A model generated the notes under the pieces. It was not told where the DNA came from, did no database searches, and worked only from the letters and a program-made list of their open reading frames with translations. A stretch of 32,995 nt of DNA, from IMG/VR virus record IMGVR_UViG_2706796521_000001, positions 1-32,995 of that record, one strand, 5' to 3'. Shown here one piece after another: positions 16,841 through 26,515 of this stretch. A program made the position numbers and the translations under genes. The stretch is from a virus. The first letter of the stretch is position 1. Every line of letters begins with the position of its first letter.

Positions 16841-17181
16841 ATAAAAATTATTTAGCAAATGCATTCTCAATAAATATGTTATCTAAATTTCCAATAAAAG
16901 TTACAATTGATAAAATTGACAGATTAGAATTTTGTACAAATATTGATAATGAAGAAATAATAAATGCAATTGGACATGATTCAACAGTTCAACTAATAAA
17001 TTCATTATGTGATACAAAATTTGAGAAAAATAGGATAGAAATTAAATTAGACAAAAGAGACAAACTATATATTGTGCAAATTTCACAAAGATTAGAAGAA
17101 GGAAAAATATTAACGCTAGAAGAAATATTGAAATTGTACGAAACTGGAAAAGTTCAATTTTTCGAGATAATTGTAGACTAA
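16837..17181 (+). CDS. acrIII-1: Anti-CRISPR ring nuclease AcrIII-1 (DUF1874), degrades cA4
   Basis: [19 protein letters not shown] (catalytic His), NRIEIKL and QRLEEGKIL signature of DUF1874 (SIRV1 gp29-like). Confidence 0.93.
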   Translation: MNKNYLANAFSINMLSKFPIKVTIDKIDRLEFCTNIDNEEIINAIGHDSTVQLINSLCDTKFEKNRIEIKLDKRDKLYIVQISQRLEEGKILTLEEILKLYETGKVQFFEIIVD

Positions 17182-17458
17182 TAAGTCAAATAAAATTTTT
17201 TTCATCTTTTTGGAATTACGCATTTGGGTTAACTCTTTTATGCTAAAATTTTTTAATATATAAATGTTTTTACGCCGTTATTTTGCGTAAATTATCGTTA
17301 GAAAAGTAAAAATTTGTGTGAGTTAAAAGTTTAAAAAGATTTCTTGTAAATTATCGACTCTCATTTATATACTTGTCATTACAATTTTTCAGCAGATGAA
17401 TGCAAAAAAGTAACAAACGAAAAATTGAAAGAACTTTTAGTTTTGTATTTTTTTAGTA

Positions 17459-20400
17459 ATGTTTATAATTTTGAAAAGAAACAATTTAATCAATATGAGT
17501 TTTCTATTGAATTTAGGTGAGTTAGGAACATTCTTTGCAGATGAAATTGAAAATTTGGAAAATTTCACAAACTGGATATCTAGTGATTTTATAAATTTTA
17601 TTAATGCAATAGTTAATGATATCAAAAATATTACAAGTTTCCTAGGACAAGCAATTTCCGATATTCCTACTTTTATGACAAATATTGCAACTAATTTCTT
17701 AACAATTTTACAGAATTTTGTACAAACTGCAATTTCTACAATTCAAGGATTTGTTTCATGGTTTGAACAACAAGTTGTAGGAGCTTTTGAATTTCTATCC
17801 TCAATTGCGTCTGATTTCATAAATTCAGCATATTCATTTTTCCAAAATGTAGCTAACGCATTTGCACAAATTATATCAGGAGTAATTTCCGATTTTCTGA
17901 ACTTTTTCGGAGCTAATATGAAACATATTTCTAATGCAATTTCTCAACTTACTCAATTTTTATCACCATTTATTGCTCCAATTACAATTGGAAAATTCTT
18001 ACCAGTTATTGTAGATAAATTAGCTGAAATTTTACCAGAAATAGAAATAGATTTAGCTCCAGTTGGATTAGGCGGAAAAATTCCAATTAAATTTGGAGAA
18101 ATTATAAAAGCTTTTGCAGAAACTTCAGTAGATTTTTTAAATGAAATAAGAACTGAACTTGCTATAACTTTAAAAGAATTTATAAAAGAACCATTTATTT
18201 CAGATTTTAAAATTACAGCGAGAGAAATATTTAATGAAATTGGTTTGGGCGATTTGCCATTTGCAGATCCGCCATTTGTACAAATTGGAAGATGGGTAGC
18301 TGTAAGGTCTTTTGAAGAAATTAAAGATCACTTAAAAGAAACAATATTGCTAACTGGTTATCCAGCTTGGTTTACTAATGCTTATCTAGAACCTCCAGTT
18401 AATGATTTCGCTCCTAAAAATCCATTATTTAGACCTGTAGGAATTCGCGATCTAATCTTAGGGACACAATATGGAATTTTAAACATTTCAGATCTTGAAA
18501 AATATGCATATAACAATTTATTAACTCCAAAAACTGCAAAATTAATGTATCAAAACCAAACTGCTAGACTTTTACAAAGAACTGTAGAGCAAGGGATTCG
18601 ACAATTTATTATTACTCCTCAAAAAGCTTATGAAGAAATAATTCAAAATGTTAATTTAACTGGTAAAGAATTATTTCTAAAAACTTTCACATTAGAATAT
18701 GAATATGCAGTTCAGAGAATTGTTAGACAATTTTTAAGATCATTATTATCTAGAGCTTTATCAAATTTTGGAAGACCGTACCTTGATTTTAAATATTTAG
18801 ATGATACAATTGCTAAATTATTTAAAGATCTAGGATATCCAGAAGAAGTAAGAACAGTTTTCGATACTATGATCACACAATCTCAGTTAATTTATACTAA
18901 TCAACTTCTATTAAGACAATTACAACAAATCGTTAGGTTAGGAATTTTTGATCAGAAAAAGATTAAAGAAGAATTGAAAGCTAATAAATTTAATGAACAA
19001 ATAGCATTACAAATTTTAGAAAGTGAATTACAATTTGCACAATTGCAAAATATACTAAAAGAATATCAATTCAAACTTAAAAGTTTTCTAATTTCTCCAA
19101 GAGATTTAGAAAAAGATCTAAAACATATTGGATTTGATTCTGCAATTATTTCAGCTTTGATTTACGAAAATCAAACAGAACAACTTATAAAGTTTCAATT
19201 ATCAAATCTAGAAAGTTTAGCGAAAAAAGGCTATTTATCTTTAGATGAAATCAAAAAGCAATTTAAAGCAATTGGAATAATAAAAGAATATGAAGATGCA
19301 TTTATAAACTTTATAAATCAAGAATTACAAATATCTGCATTTTTGACAATTTTAAAGAGTCAATTAAGACAATTCCAAATAGATTCAAAAATTGCAGAAG
19401 TAGAATTGAAGAAATTGAATATTAATGAATATCTGCTAAATCAGATAATTCAAGAAGAATATAACATAAATATCGCAAAACTACAATTAAGCGTAATTGA
19501 AACAATTGCGAAAACTTTATACTATGATCAACAACAATTATCTGGAGAATTAGGAAAAATAGTAAAAGATAAAACAGCTCTTGATTTATATAATCAAAAG
19601 TTTTATTACGAATACATATATCCAAAAATTATTAATTATCATCTCCAATTGGCTAGACATGGAATTCTTTCAGATATTTCAAAATTACCAAAAGAAGTTA
19701 TAGAATATGAAATTAAGCCTGCATTATTGACTTATCAAACTACGCTAGAAATTGAGTATATAAAAGAATCATTAAAAGATTTGGAAATTAAGCCAGATAA
19801 CGCAATAAATGAACTAGAGAAATTAGGAATGCAGAAAGATATAGCTCAATTAATTGTAAATACTTATATTCCGACATTTTATAACGTACATACAATAATT
19901 CAAAATGTTATAGAAGGTCAATTATATAAAGTCGGGAAAGTTCCAATAAATCTAGGAAATGCAGAAAGTGAACTAAGAAAACTAGGAATTCCTGATAATC
20001 AAATAAAGATTCTTCTAGAACAATATGCTAGTACTTTTGGTCTTGAAATTTGGAGAAGACATTTGCCTTCAATTTCCATAATTGAAAATGCAATAAAGTA
20101 CAATTATCTAGATCAAAAATTAATAGAATATAGCTTTATCCCATCTGAATTATTGAATTTGTATGTAAACTATTATCAACATTTACTAGTAGCACAAGAA
20201 GTACAATCTTTCAAATCTGAATACATAACTGCATTAATTTATAATTATCAGAATTTACAATTTGAAAGTTTGTTAAAACAATATGGAATTAATGAAGCAT
20301 TATTAAATGTAATAAAATTATTTGCACAAGTAAGAAAAATTGTGACAGGCTTACAAGAACTATATCTAACGCCGACAAAAGCACTTTCAATTAGCGAATA

Positions 20401-20671
20401 TGTATCAAATCCACAACAATTACTACAGAAAGTATTTACAGAATTCCAGATTCCGCAAGAGTTACAAAATACATATTTTGAATATGCAAGAAATAGAAGA
20501 GTTAGCAGATATGTTAATGAAATAATTACTACAATTAGCTTACTATTTGAGAAACATAAAATAGATCTTAATACTGCACAATCTTATCTTCAACAATTGA
20601 AGAAATATGGATTAACTGATGAAGAAATTCAATTGATAACACTCAATTGGCAATTAAGAAGTGCTTACTAA
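17459..20671 (+). CDS. Terminal fibre structural protein (ORF1070)
   Basis: 1070-aa largely helical protein, the largest rudiviral gene. Start may be the second Met (MSFLLNLG). Confidence 0.9.
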   Translation: MFIILKRNNLINMSFLLNLGELGTFFADEIENLENFTNWISSDFINFINAIVNDIKNITSFLGQAISDIPTFMTNIATNFLTILQNFVQTAISTIQGFVSWFEQQVVGAFEFLSSIASDFINSAYSFFQNVANAFAQIISGVISDFLNFFGANMKHISNAISQLTQFLSPFIAPITIGKFLPVIVDKLAEILPEIEIDLAPVGLGGKIPIKFGEIIKAFAETSVDFLNEIRTELAITLKEFIKEPFISDFKITAREIFNEIGLGDLPFADPPFVQIGRWVAVRSFEEIKDHLKETILLTGYPAWFTNAYLEPPVNDFAPKNPLFRPVGIRDLILGTQYGILNISDLEKYAYNNLLTPKTAKLMYQNQTARLLQRTVEQGIRQFIITPQKAYEEIIQNVNLTGKELFLKTFTLEYEYAVQRIVRQFLRSLLSRALSNFGRPYLDFKYLDDTIAKLFKDLGYPEEVRTVFDTMITQSQLIYTNQLLLRQLQQIVRLGIFDQKKIKEELKANKFNEQIALQILESELQFAQLQNILKEYQFKLKSFLISPRDLEKDLKHIGFDSAIISALIYENQTEQLIKFQLSNLESLAKKGYLSLDEIKKQFKAIGIIKEYEDAFINFINQELQISAFLTILKSQLRQFQIDSKIAEVELKKLNINEYLLNQIIQEEYNINIAKLQLSVIETIAKTLYYDQQQLSGELGKIVKDKTALDLYNQKFYYEYIYPKIINYHLQLARHGILSDISKLPKEVIEYEIKPALLTYQTTLEIEYIKESLKDLEIKPDNAINELEKLGMQKDIAQLIVNTYIPTFYNVHTIIQNVIEGQLYKVGKVPINLGNAESELRKLGIPDNQIKILLEQYASTFGLEIWRRHLPSISIIENAIKYNYLDQKLIEYSFIPSELLNLYVNYYQHLLVAQEVQSFKSEYITALIYNYQNLQFESLLKQYGINEALLNVIKLFAQVRKIVTGLQELYLTPTKALSISEYVSNPQQLLQKVFTEFQIPQELQNTYFEYARNRRVSRYVNEIITTISLLFEKHKIDLNTAQSYLQQLKKYGLTDEEIQLITLNWQLRSAY

Positions 20672-20746
20672 CAATTTCTAAACATCATATACATTATATA
20701 TTTTATATAGTGTATGGGTTACGTTATCACATGCAAAACAACTCAT

Positions 20747-20764
20747 ATACATTATATAATGTAT
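20747..20764. promoter_or_regulatory. Perfect palindrome ATACATTATATAATGTAT upstream of ORF570
   Basis: Read directly; a half-site also occurs at 20689. Confidence 0.7.
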
Positions 20765-20792
20765 TAGATTTGATTTTTTATTTACCGCATTT

Positions 20793-22505
20793 TTGATATA
20801 TTATATCATGCCTTTGCCATACAAGATGAGTTACAAATTACCGTTAGAATATCTATCATTACAAGACTGGAACAACTTTGTTCAGAATTTAATATTTATA
20901 AATCAATACGGTACAGCTAAATTATTACAATATTATCAAAATGGTAATTTTCAAAATCTAAAAGATGTATTTGCAAAATATTTATATGTAGCACAATTGA
21001 AAGTTAATGGATATAATGTATTATATAATTTGGCAAAACCACTAGCGTATACTTTTGGAAATGTTTTTCAAGAACTCGCAAATAGACCTACCGTCGAATT
21101 ATCTGAAGTTATTGTTCCGCCTCCTTCACTTAGCTATAATATAAATTATAAATTACCAACTATAAAAAAGCAAATAGAAGTATTAATTCCTAATTTAATT
21201 TCTAAAATTGTAATTCCTAACGTCATAGCCGGCACACAATTTATATTTTCTGGAAATTCGAATTTAGCACAACTAACATCTCAATATTTACAATCTGGAT
21301 ATCTTCAAACTTGGAGAAGTATAACATTACAAAATTTAGGAAATAATTCAATTCAAATAAATAATTCGATTTATTTAATGCCTAAACAATGTTTGAAAAT
21401 TACAGTTTCAAATCCGCAAGAAGTACAAATTTCAGCACAAAATCCTACTTTGGTAAGTGAATTAATTGAATTTGGTGCAATACTAATTACTGCTTATACA
21501 ATTACAATTACAAATTCTCAACCTGATCCAACTTCAAGTCCATTTCAACAATTGCTAATTTTGAATTTATCAAACATAATTTCTAGTCCTTCACAATTAC
21601 TTAATTTACAATTTTGCTTAGATTCTCAGTGTCAAACGCCATTATATGCTTGGATTGAAAGTTATAATTCCAATTTATCAAACGTTTATATCTGGATTAA
21701 TTTACCAATTTCAATTCCCGCAAATTCTTCAATTACAATTTATATGTTTGTAAGAAATTCAATTCAATATCCTTATACTGGACTGAGATCGGATTTATCT
21801 CAGACTTATGCACAATATGATAATGGAAAAAATGTATTCTTAATTTATTTTAACGGAAATGAACCATTATCAAATTTTGATACTTTTGGAAATACAATTC
21901 AACAAATTTCTACAACTGGGCCATTAGGAAATCAAATAAATGCAATATATTTATCTGGATATTCAAATAATGTTGGATTTGTTTATATTGGAAAAAGTGT
22001 ACCAAATCAACCAGTAATTGCAGAATCTTCAACAATAGACCTAGGAAATCAAGCTGGAGGATTAGGAGCTAATAACGGTATGGCGGGAATTGCAGATAAT
22101 ACAAATACATCTTCTATAAATGCAATTGGAGTAACTATGGGATATAGTAACTCATATTTTTCTCAATCATATTATATAAATGGCAGTGAAACTAATGATT
22201 TAAATCAACAAGGTAGTGCAGTTTCACAGTGGGTTTATGCATGGGTTTATTATTACGGATCTTCAGCTAGTTCATGGTATGGATGTATAGCTCCACAATT
22301 CTATAGTTCTGCCGGCGGATATTGTGGAACAGTTAATAATAACCCACTTTCTAGTTCTACACAATTATATTTAAGTGCTATTGGTTCTGTTAGCTCAGGC
22401 TTTTGGTGGCAAACAGCTTGGAATTTCATGAGAATGAGGACTTATCCGCCTAACGGCGTAATGCCGTCTAACACAAATCCTCAATTAACTGCAATTTATA
22501 GTTAG
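20793..22505 (+). CDS. Minor virion protein (SIRV2 ORF564-like) with DUF2341-like domain and beta-rich C-terminus
   Basis: ITITNSQ...PLYAWIESY...YIWINLP..IPANSSITIYMF resembles DUF2341; follows ORF1070. Confidence 0.8.
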   Translation: MIYYIMPLPYKMSYKLPLEYLSLQDWNNFVQNLIFINQYGTAKLLQYYQNGNFQNLKDVFAKYLYVAQLKVNGYNVLYNLAKPLAYTFGNVFQELANRPTVELSEVIVPPPSLSYNINYKLPTIKKQIEVLIPNLISKIVIPNVIAGTQFIFSGNSNLAQLTSQYLQSGYLQTWRSITLQNLGNNSIQINNSIYLMPKQCLKITVSNPQEVQISAQNPTLVSELIEFGAILITAYTITITNSQPDPTSSPFQQLLILNLSNIISSPSQLLNLQFCLDSQCQTPLYAWIESYNSNLSNVYIWINLPISIPANSSITIYMFVRNSIQYPYTGLRSDLSQTYAQYDNGKNVFLIYFNGNEPLSNFDTFGNTIQQISTTGPLGNQINAIYLSGYSNNVGFVYIGKSVPNQPVIAESSTIDLGNQAGGLGANNGMAGIADNTNTSSINAIGVTMGYSNSYFSQSYYINGSETNDLNQQGSAVSQWVYAWVYYYGSSASSWYGCIAPQFYSSAGGYCGTVNNNPLSSSTQLYLSAIGSVSSGFWWQTAWNFMRMRTYPPNGVMPSNTNPQLTAIYS

Positions 22506-22514
22506 TGATCTAGA

Positions 22515-24464
22515 ATGTCTTCTAATCTAGTTACTACTAGTTCATCAACTCAATCATTAACTCAATCATCAAATCAATATTCATATCCAATATCAACTTG
22601 TTATCCAATTACTTCATTTAGTAAATTACTGAATAAAATAGCGAAACAATCTTTAATTTCTTCACAACTTTGGAATGAAATAGTTCAAGATCTTTATACT
22701 GCATACTCAGTTTACAAATATATAAATACTTCATTTCAATATCTATTACAATATCAATTTTCATATGGAAATATATATACTCTTTATGATTTATTTAAAG
22801 ATATGTATTTTTATATTTCAAATTTAAAGCCATATCCATTTATTCCATTAATTCAAGCTAGACCTGGACTGCCTTTAACTATAGAATATATGAATAATTT
22901 AATAAAAGCAATTATAAAATTAGCAAATGAAAATAATATAGCATTAGCAAAATCTTTAAACTTTGTTCAGCCTAATGAAATTGTTAAATCTAGAAAATTT
23001 AACGATATCATATACACAGTTAAACAATTCCTAACTTTTGATTTTAATACTTATTTTCTATTAGATTGTTATGGTTCAATATTCAGTAATTTAGTAAATT
23101 CAAAATCGGCATTTTTAAATGTATTAATTTATAATCTTCAATATCCTATTAATGCTAATAATACATATATCAAAAATTTGATTATATATCAATTAGATAA
23201 TACTATATATCTTAATGGTTATTCAATTATTAATGATTTTCTAATTGGAACAAATAATGGAACTATTGTTTTAAATGATAACGCAATTATAGAAAATTTA
23301 ATATGTAGACAAAATTATGGAGAAATATTGATAAATGGAAATGCAATTATAATAAATAATAAATGTTTTACAGCATTATTTTCAACTACACTTCAACAAA
23401 CACTTCCAGATTCCATTTCCTTAAATGCTAGATACTTCTTACCTCCGAATAAAATAGTATTTCAATTAACTCCAGGAAGCACAGGTGATTACGCAGTATT
23501 AATAAATCCAGATGGTTCTGTTTCTGTATTACCTGATAATACTACGATAAATTCCAATACAGATTACAGTAATATAACCGGTTATTCTACGGTACCTGGT
23601 CTTATTGCATTTGGAGGCGGAGAAGAAGCTTATAATCCTTGGTCTCCATGTGCGGAACCATGTTCACCATATGTCGCATTTTACAATACTTCAACTCAAC
23701 AATTGTCAATTTTCAAAATTCCTGGTGGAAGTTGTGATAATATGAATACTTCATCAATTGTTAAAGGTAATAGTAATGATATAATAGCAATAGGTGGCGC
23801 TAACCCAGGATCTTTAACTGGTGGAACTGGATATGTAATTTTTAACTCATCATTATCACCATATTTATATGGAACATTTGCACTTACAGATTCAGCTGGT
23901 AATTCGTTATATTTATATAGAATGCCCAAAATAACTGTTGGAAACAATCTTTATTTAATAGCTGGAATTAATAATTCTAATACTATTGCAATAGAATATG
24001 TTCCATTACAACTTCTATATACCAACGGGCATAGTTATGCTAATGTATTATGTAACAGTGAAACTATAACTCCAAATTATATAACAACTATTACAAATGA
24101 TTTTAACTATGAAGGAATATTATCTATATATACAGACGGTACAAATATTTATTTTGTATATTATTCAACTAATGGATATGTAAAATTAGTAATATTTGAC
24201 ACATTCACGAATACTGTCATATCTATTAAACAATTAATTCAATTATCAAATAATAGTTCAACTTTTACTATCGCTAACGGATACGTATATGTATCCGTAC
24301 AACAAACGAATTCATTTACTGTATATAAATTTGATTTAAATGGAAATTTAATAACATCAAAAAGTTTTACAGGAACTGGATTTATAGATATGAATGGATA
24401 TATAGTACAGTTTACAAATGGACTAAATGCAGGTTCTAAAATTTTAGTTTATCCGCCGTTCTAA
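22515..24464 (+). CDS. 649-aa putative virion/adhesion protein (helical N-terminus, beta-helix repeats, beta-propeller-like C-terminus)
   Basis: ORF from the track; 20-aa repeats TIYLNGYSIINDFLIGTNNG and TIVLNDNAIIENLICRQNYG; G/S/T/N/Y-rich C-terminus. Confidence 0.8.
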   Translation: MSSNLVTTSSSTQSLTQSSNQYSYPISTCYPITSFSKLLNKIAKQSLISSQLWNEIVQDLYTAYSVYKYINTSFQYLLQYQFSYGNIYTLYDLFKDMYFYISNLKPYPFIPLIQARPGLPLTIEYMNNLIKAIIKLANENNIALAKSLNFVQPNEIVKSRKFNDIIYTVKQFLTFDFNTYFLLDCYGSIFSNLVNSKSAFLNVLIYNLQYPINANNTYIKNLIIYQLDNTIYLNGYSIINDFLIGTNNGTIVLNDNAIIENLICRQNYGEILINGNAIIINNKCFTALFSTTLQQTLPDSISLNARYFLPPNKIVFQLTPGSTGDYAVLINPDGSVSVLPDNTTINSNTDYSNITGYSTVPGLIAFGGGEEAYNPWSPCAEPCSPYVAFYNTSTQQLSIFKIPGGSCDNMNTSSIVKGNSNDIIAIGGANPGSLTGGTGYVIFNSSLSPYLYGTFALTDSAGNSLYLYRMPKITVGNNLYLIAGINNSNTIAIEYVPLQLLYTNGHSYANVLCNSETITPNYITTITNDFNYEGILSIYTDGTNIYFVYYSTNGYVKLVIFDTFTNTVISIKQLIQLSNNSSTFTIANGYVYVSVQQTNSFTVYKFDLNGNLITSKSFTGTGFIDMNGYIVQFTNGLNAGSKILVYPPF

Positions 24465-24941
24465 TCATAATTTACAAAATACAAATTCTCTATTATCATC
24501 AGTTATAAAAGTTAGAATTGTTCCATATAATTTTCTCAACAAATCAAATCTATTCTCTGTCCAATCATGAATTGCTATACAATATTGTTTGTACTTTTGT
24601 AATTTAGAAAAATCTAGATTTTTTTCGCAACCTTCACAATCCATAATGAAAATATCACTGTCAGGATATTCGTTACTTTTCCATTCCTCATGAATTTCAA
24701 CTTTATCACAAATCTTGAATTCTTTACAAATTTTTTCTTTAAAAATTTGATTTAGTTTCTCTTCTTTTTCAAATCCAATTATCTTTTTAGCACCTTTTAA
24801 AAGAAAATATAAAGCAGAACTACCACAGTCATTACCAATTATTGTAATTGTTTTATCTTTAACATCTAATTTTGAATAAGCATATTCGAATTCTCTCCAA
24901 TAACAACACTGTAATTTACAAAAATAATCATCAAAATTCAT
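24465..24941 (-). CDS. SAM-dependent methyltransferase, 158 aa
   Basis: Motif I TIIGNDCGSSAL, KIIGFE and FIMDCEGCE (FkbM-like). Confidence 0.85.
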   Translation of the reverse strand: MNFDDYFCKLQCCYWREFEYAYSKLDVKDKTITIIGNDCGSSALYFLLKGAKKIIGFEKEEKLNQIFKEKICKEFKICDKVEIHEEWKSNEYPDSDIFIMDCEGCEKNLDFSKLQKYKQYCIAIHDWTENRFDLLRKLYGTILTFITDDNREFVFCKL

Positions 24942-25771
24942 GTTTGAACTACCTCAAATAGAGCATAAACTTTACATTTTCCAGTTGCCCAAGCGTAAAC
25001 ATTAGCTGGATTTCTAACATGAAATTCTAAACTATCACCGGGCAAGATTGGAAAACTGTTGTACAATTGATTACCAATATAAACTACATAATTACTCAAA
25101 TTCTGGAGAATTATCCTAACAGTTTCTAATGTTGAACCGCTATAAAGTGGAGAAGGAACTGTCGATAAATTAATTTGTAAACCTTCTATAGTTGGAGGAG
25201 ATAAATATAATGTTAATTTATTTAAAGTATTAGCTAATCCGACAGTAGCTAAATAGAAATATGTAAATGTATAAGCTACAAAATCTGCAATTTGATAAAG
25301 TGTAATTGTTGTAGATTTTTGTAATTGTTTAACTTGTGAAACTAAAGAATAAAATAAATCAGAAACAGATTTATAAATTAAATCTGAAATAGTTCTATAT
25401 AAATTTGTATATAAATCATATGAAATTTGTTTTGGTAATTTAGAAATAGAATAATAAAGTTGTTGATTTGAATATAGAATTTGATTTATTTGTTGATTTG
25501 CAGTTGAGATAAATCCAGCTATATAAATTGGATCTTGTTCTGTAAGAACTGGTTGACCAGAAACATAGACTTCATTTTTGAAAAATCCAGCTAATGCATT
25601 TACGCTATTCGGGATATATAAATTTCCATTTTGTAGAATTGAAGTTAATGAATTTCCACCGGTTTCATAGAGTTGATATAGAAGTAATGTAGCAGTGTTC
25701 CACATGCTAGAAGTTAGTCTTTGGAATGGACTAGCTAAAAGTGAAGAAATTGAAGTATAAGTTACACTCAT
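24938..25771 (-). CDS. Conserved protein (277 aa), paralogous to the N-terminus of ORF570
   Basis: ORF from the track; shared LTSSMWN and ILQNL.N...NP..V motifs. Confidence 0.8.
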   Translation of the reverse strand: MSVTYTSISSLLASPFQRLTSSMWNTATLLLYQLYETGGNSLTSILQNGNLYIPNSVNALAGFFKNEVYVSGQPVLTEQDPIYIAGFISTANQQINQILYSNQQLYYSISKLPKQISYDLYTNLYRTISDLIYKSVSDLFYSLVSQVKQLQKSTTITLYQIADFVAYTFTYFYLATVGLANTLNKLTLYLSPPTIEGLQINLSTVPSPLYSGSTLETVRIILQNLSNYVVYIGNQLYNSFPILPGDSLEFHVRNPANVYAWATGKCKVYALFEVVQT

Positions 25772-25902
25772 ACAATTTTAATAAGTAATTGACTAAAATA
25801 AAGTGTCACATCTTATAATTCATATAATAAATATAATGTATATAGTTTGTTCTCATTTAGATCATTTAAAATTAAAATATGTCATATTGTTTAGAAATTA
25901 TT

Positions 25903-26508
25903 ATGAAAATTTTCACTTTTGTTGGATTTACAAAACATTTAGATGAACTAGATTTTGATTACGTAGTAGTCGATAAAACTTTTAATGATATAACTGAAGA
26001 ACAAATTAAGAAATATCAAGAAAAAATAATTTGGAACGAAACGAATACGGATATTAGATGGTTAAGAATTGCAAAACAATTATTAACAATTGTAAATTTT
26101 GCAAAAAATATAGAAGATGATATAATTGCAATTATTGATAGTGATTTAATTATACCAAATTTGAGACAAATTATTCCAAATGAAAGAATTTTTATTCCTT
26201 GCTATTGGCTTTATTATTCCTGGGCAAATGAAATTAGACCATTTTGCAGTGGTACAAATTATATTTTCAGAAAATCATTATTACCATATTTGGAATATAC
26301 AATAAATACATATATAGAAAATGAATATTATAAAGAAATACCAGTTGACATATTTATTCATAATTTTGTTCCGCATATGAACATATTAAAATTAGGAACT
26401 ATTCATTATGTAAAAACTCCAGATAGAGAAATAAAAATGGAATTTAGATATGAAGATATTCCACAAATTTTCAAACATATTCCTGAATTTGTACTTTTGA
26501 TAGGTTGA
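25903..26508 (+). CDS. Putative GT-A glycosyltransferase (about 201-209 aa)
   Basis: IAIIDSDLII DxD motif. ATG 25879 lies in the TATA-GTC promoter element, so 25903 is preferred. Confidence 0.7.
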   Translation: MKIFTFVGFTKHLDELDFDYVVVDKTFNDITEEQIKKYQEKIIWNETNTDIRWLRIAKQLLTIVNFAKNIEDDIIAIIDSDLIIPNLRQIIPNERIFIPCYWLYYSWANEIRPFCSGTNYIFRKSLLPYLEYTINTYIENEYYKEIPVDIFIHNFVPHMNILKLGTIHYVKTPDREIKMEFRYEDIPQIFKHIPEFVLLIG

Positions 26509-26515
26509 TCTGGAA

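Noticed and set aside
17437-17625. 62-aa minus-strand ORF
   Set aside because: Antisense to the start of ORF1070.
19422-19625. 67-aa minus-strand ORF
   Set aside because: Antisense within ORF1070.
17459-20671. 12-bp indel variation reported for rudiviruses
   Set aside because: Cannot be seen from a single sequence; needs comparison with relatives.
23696-23947. 83-aa minus-strand ORF
   Set aside because: Antisense within ORF649; open frame explained by locally higher GC.
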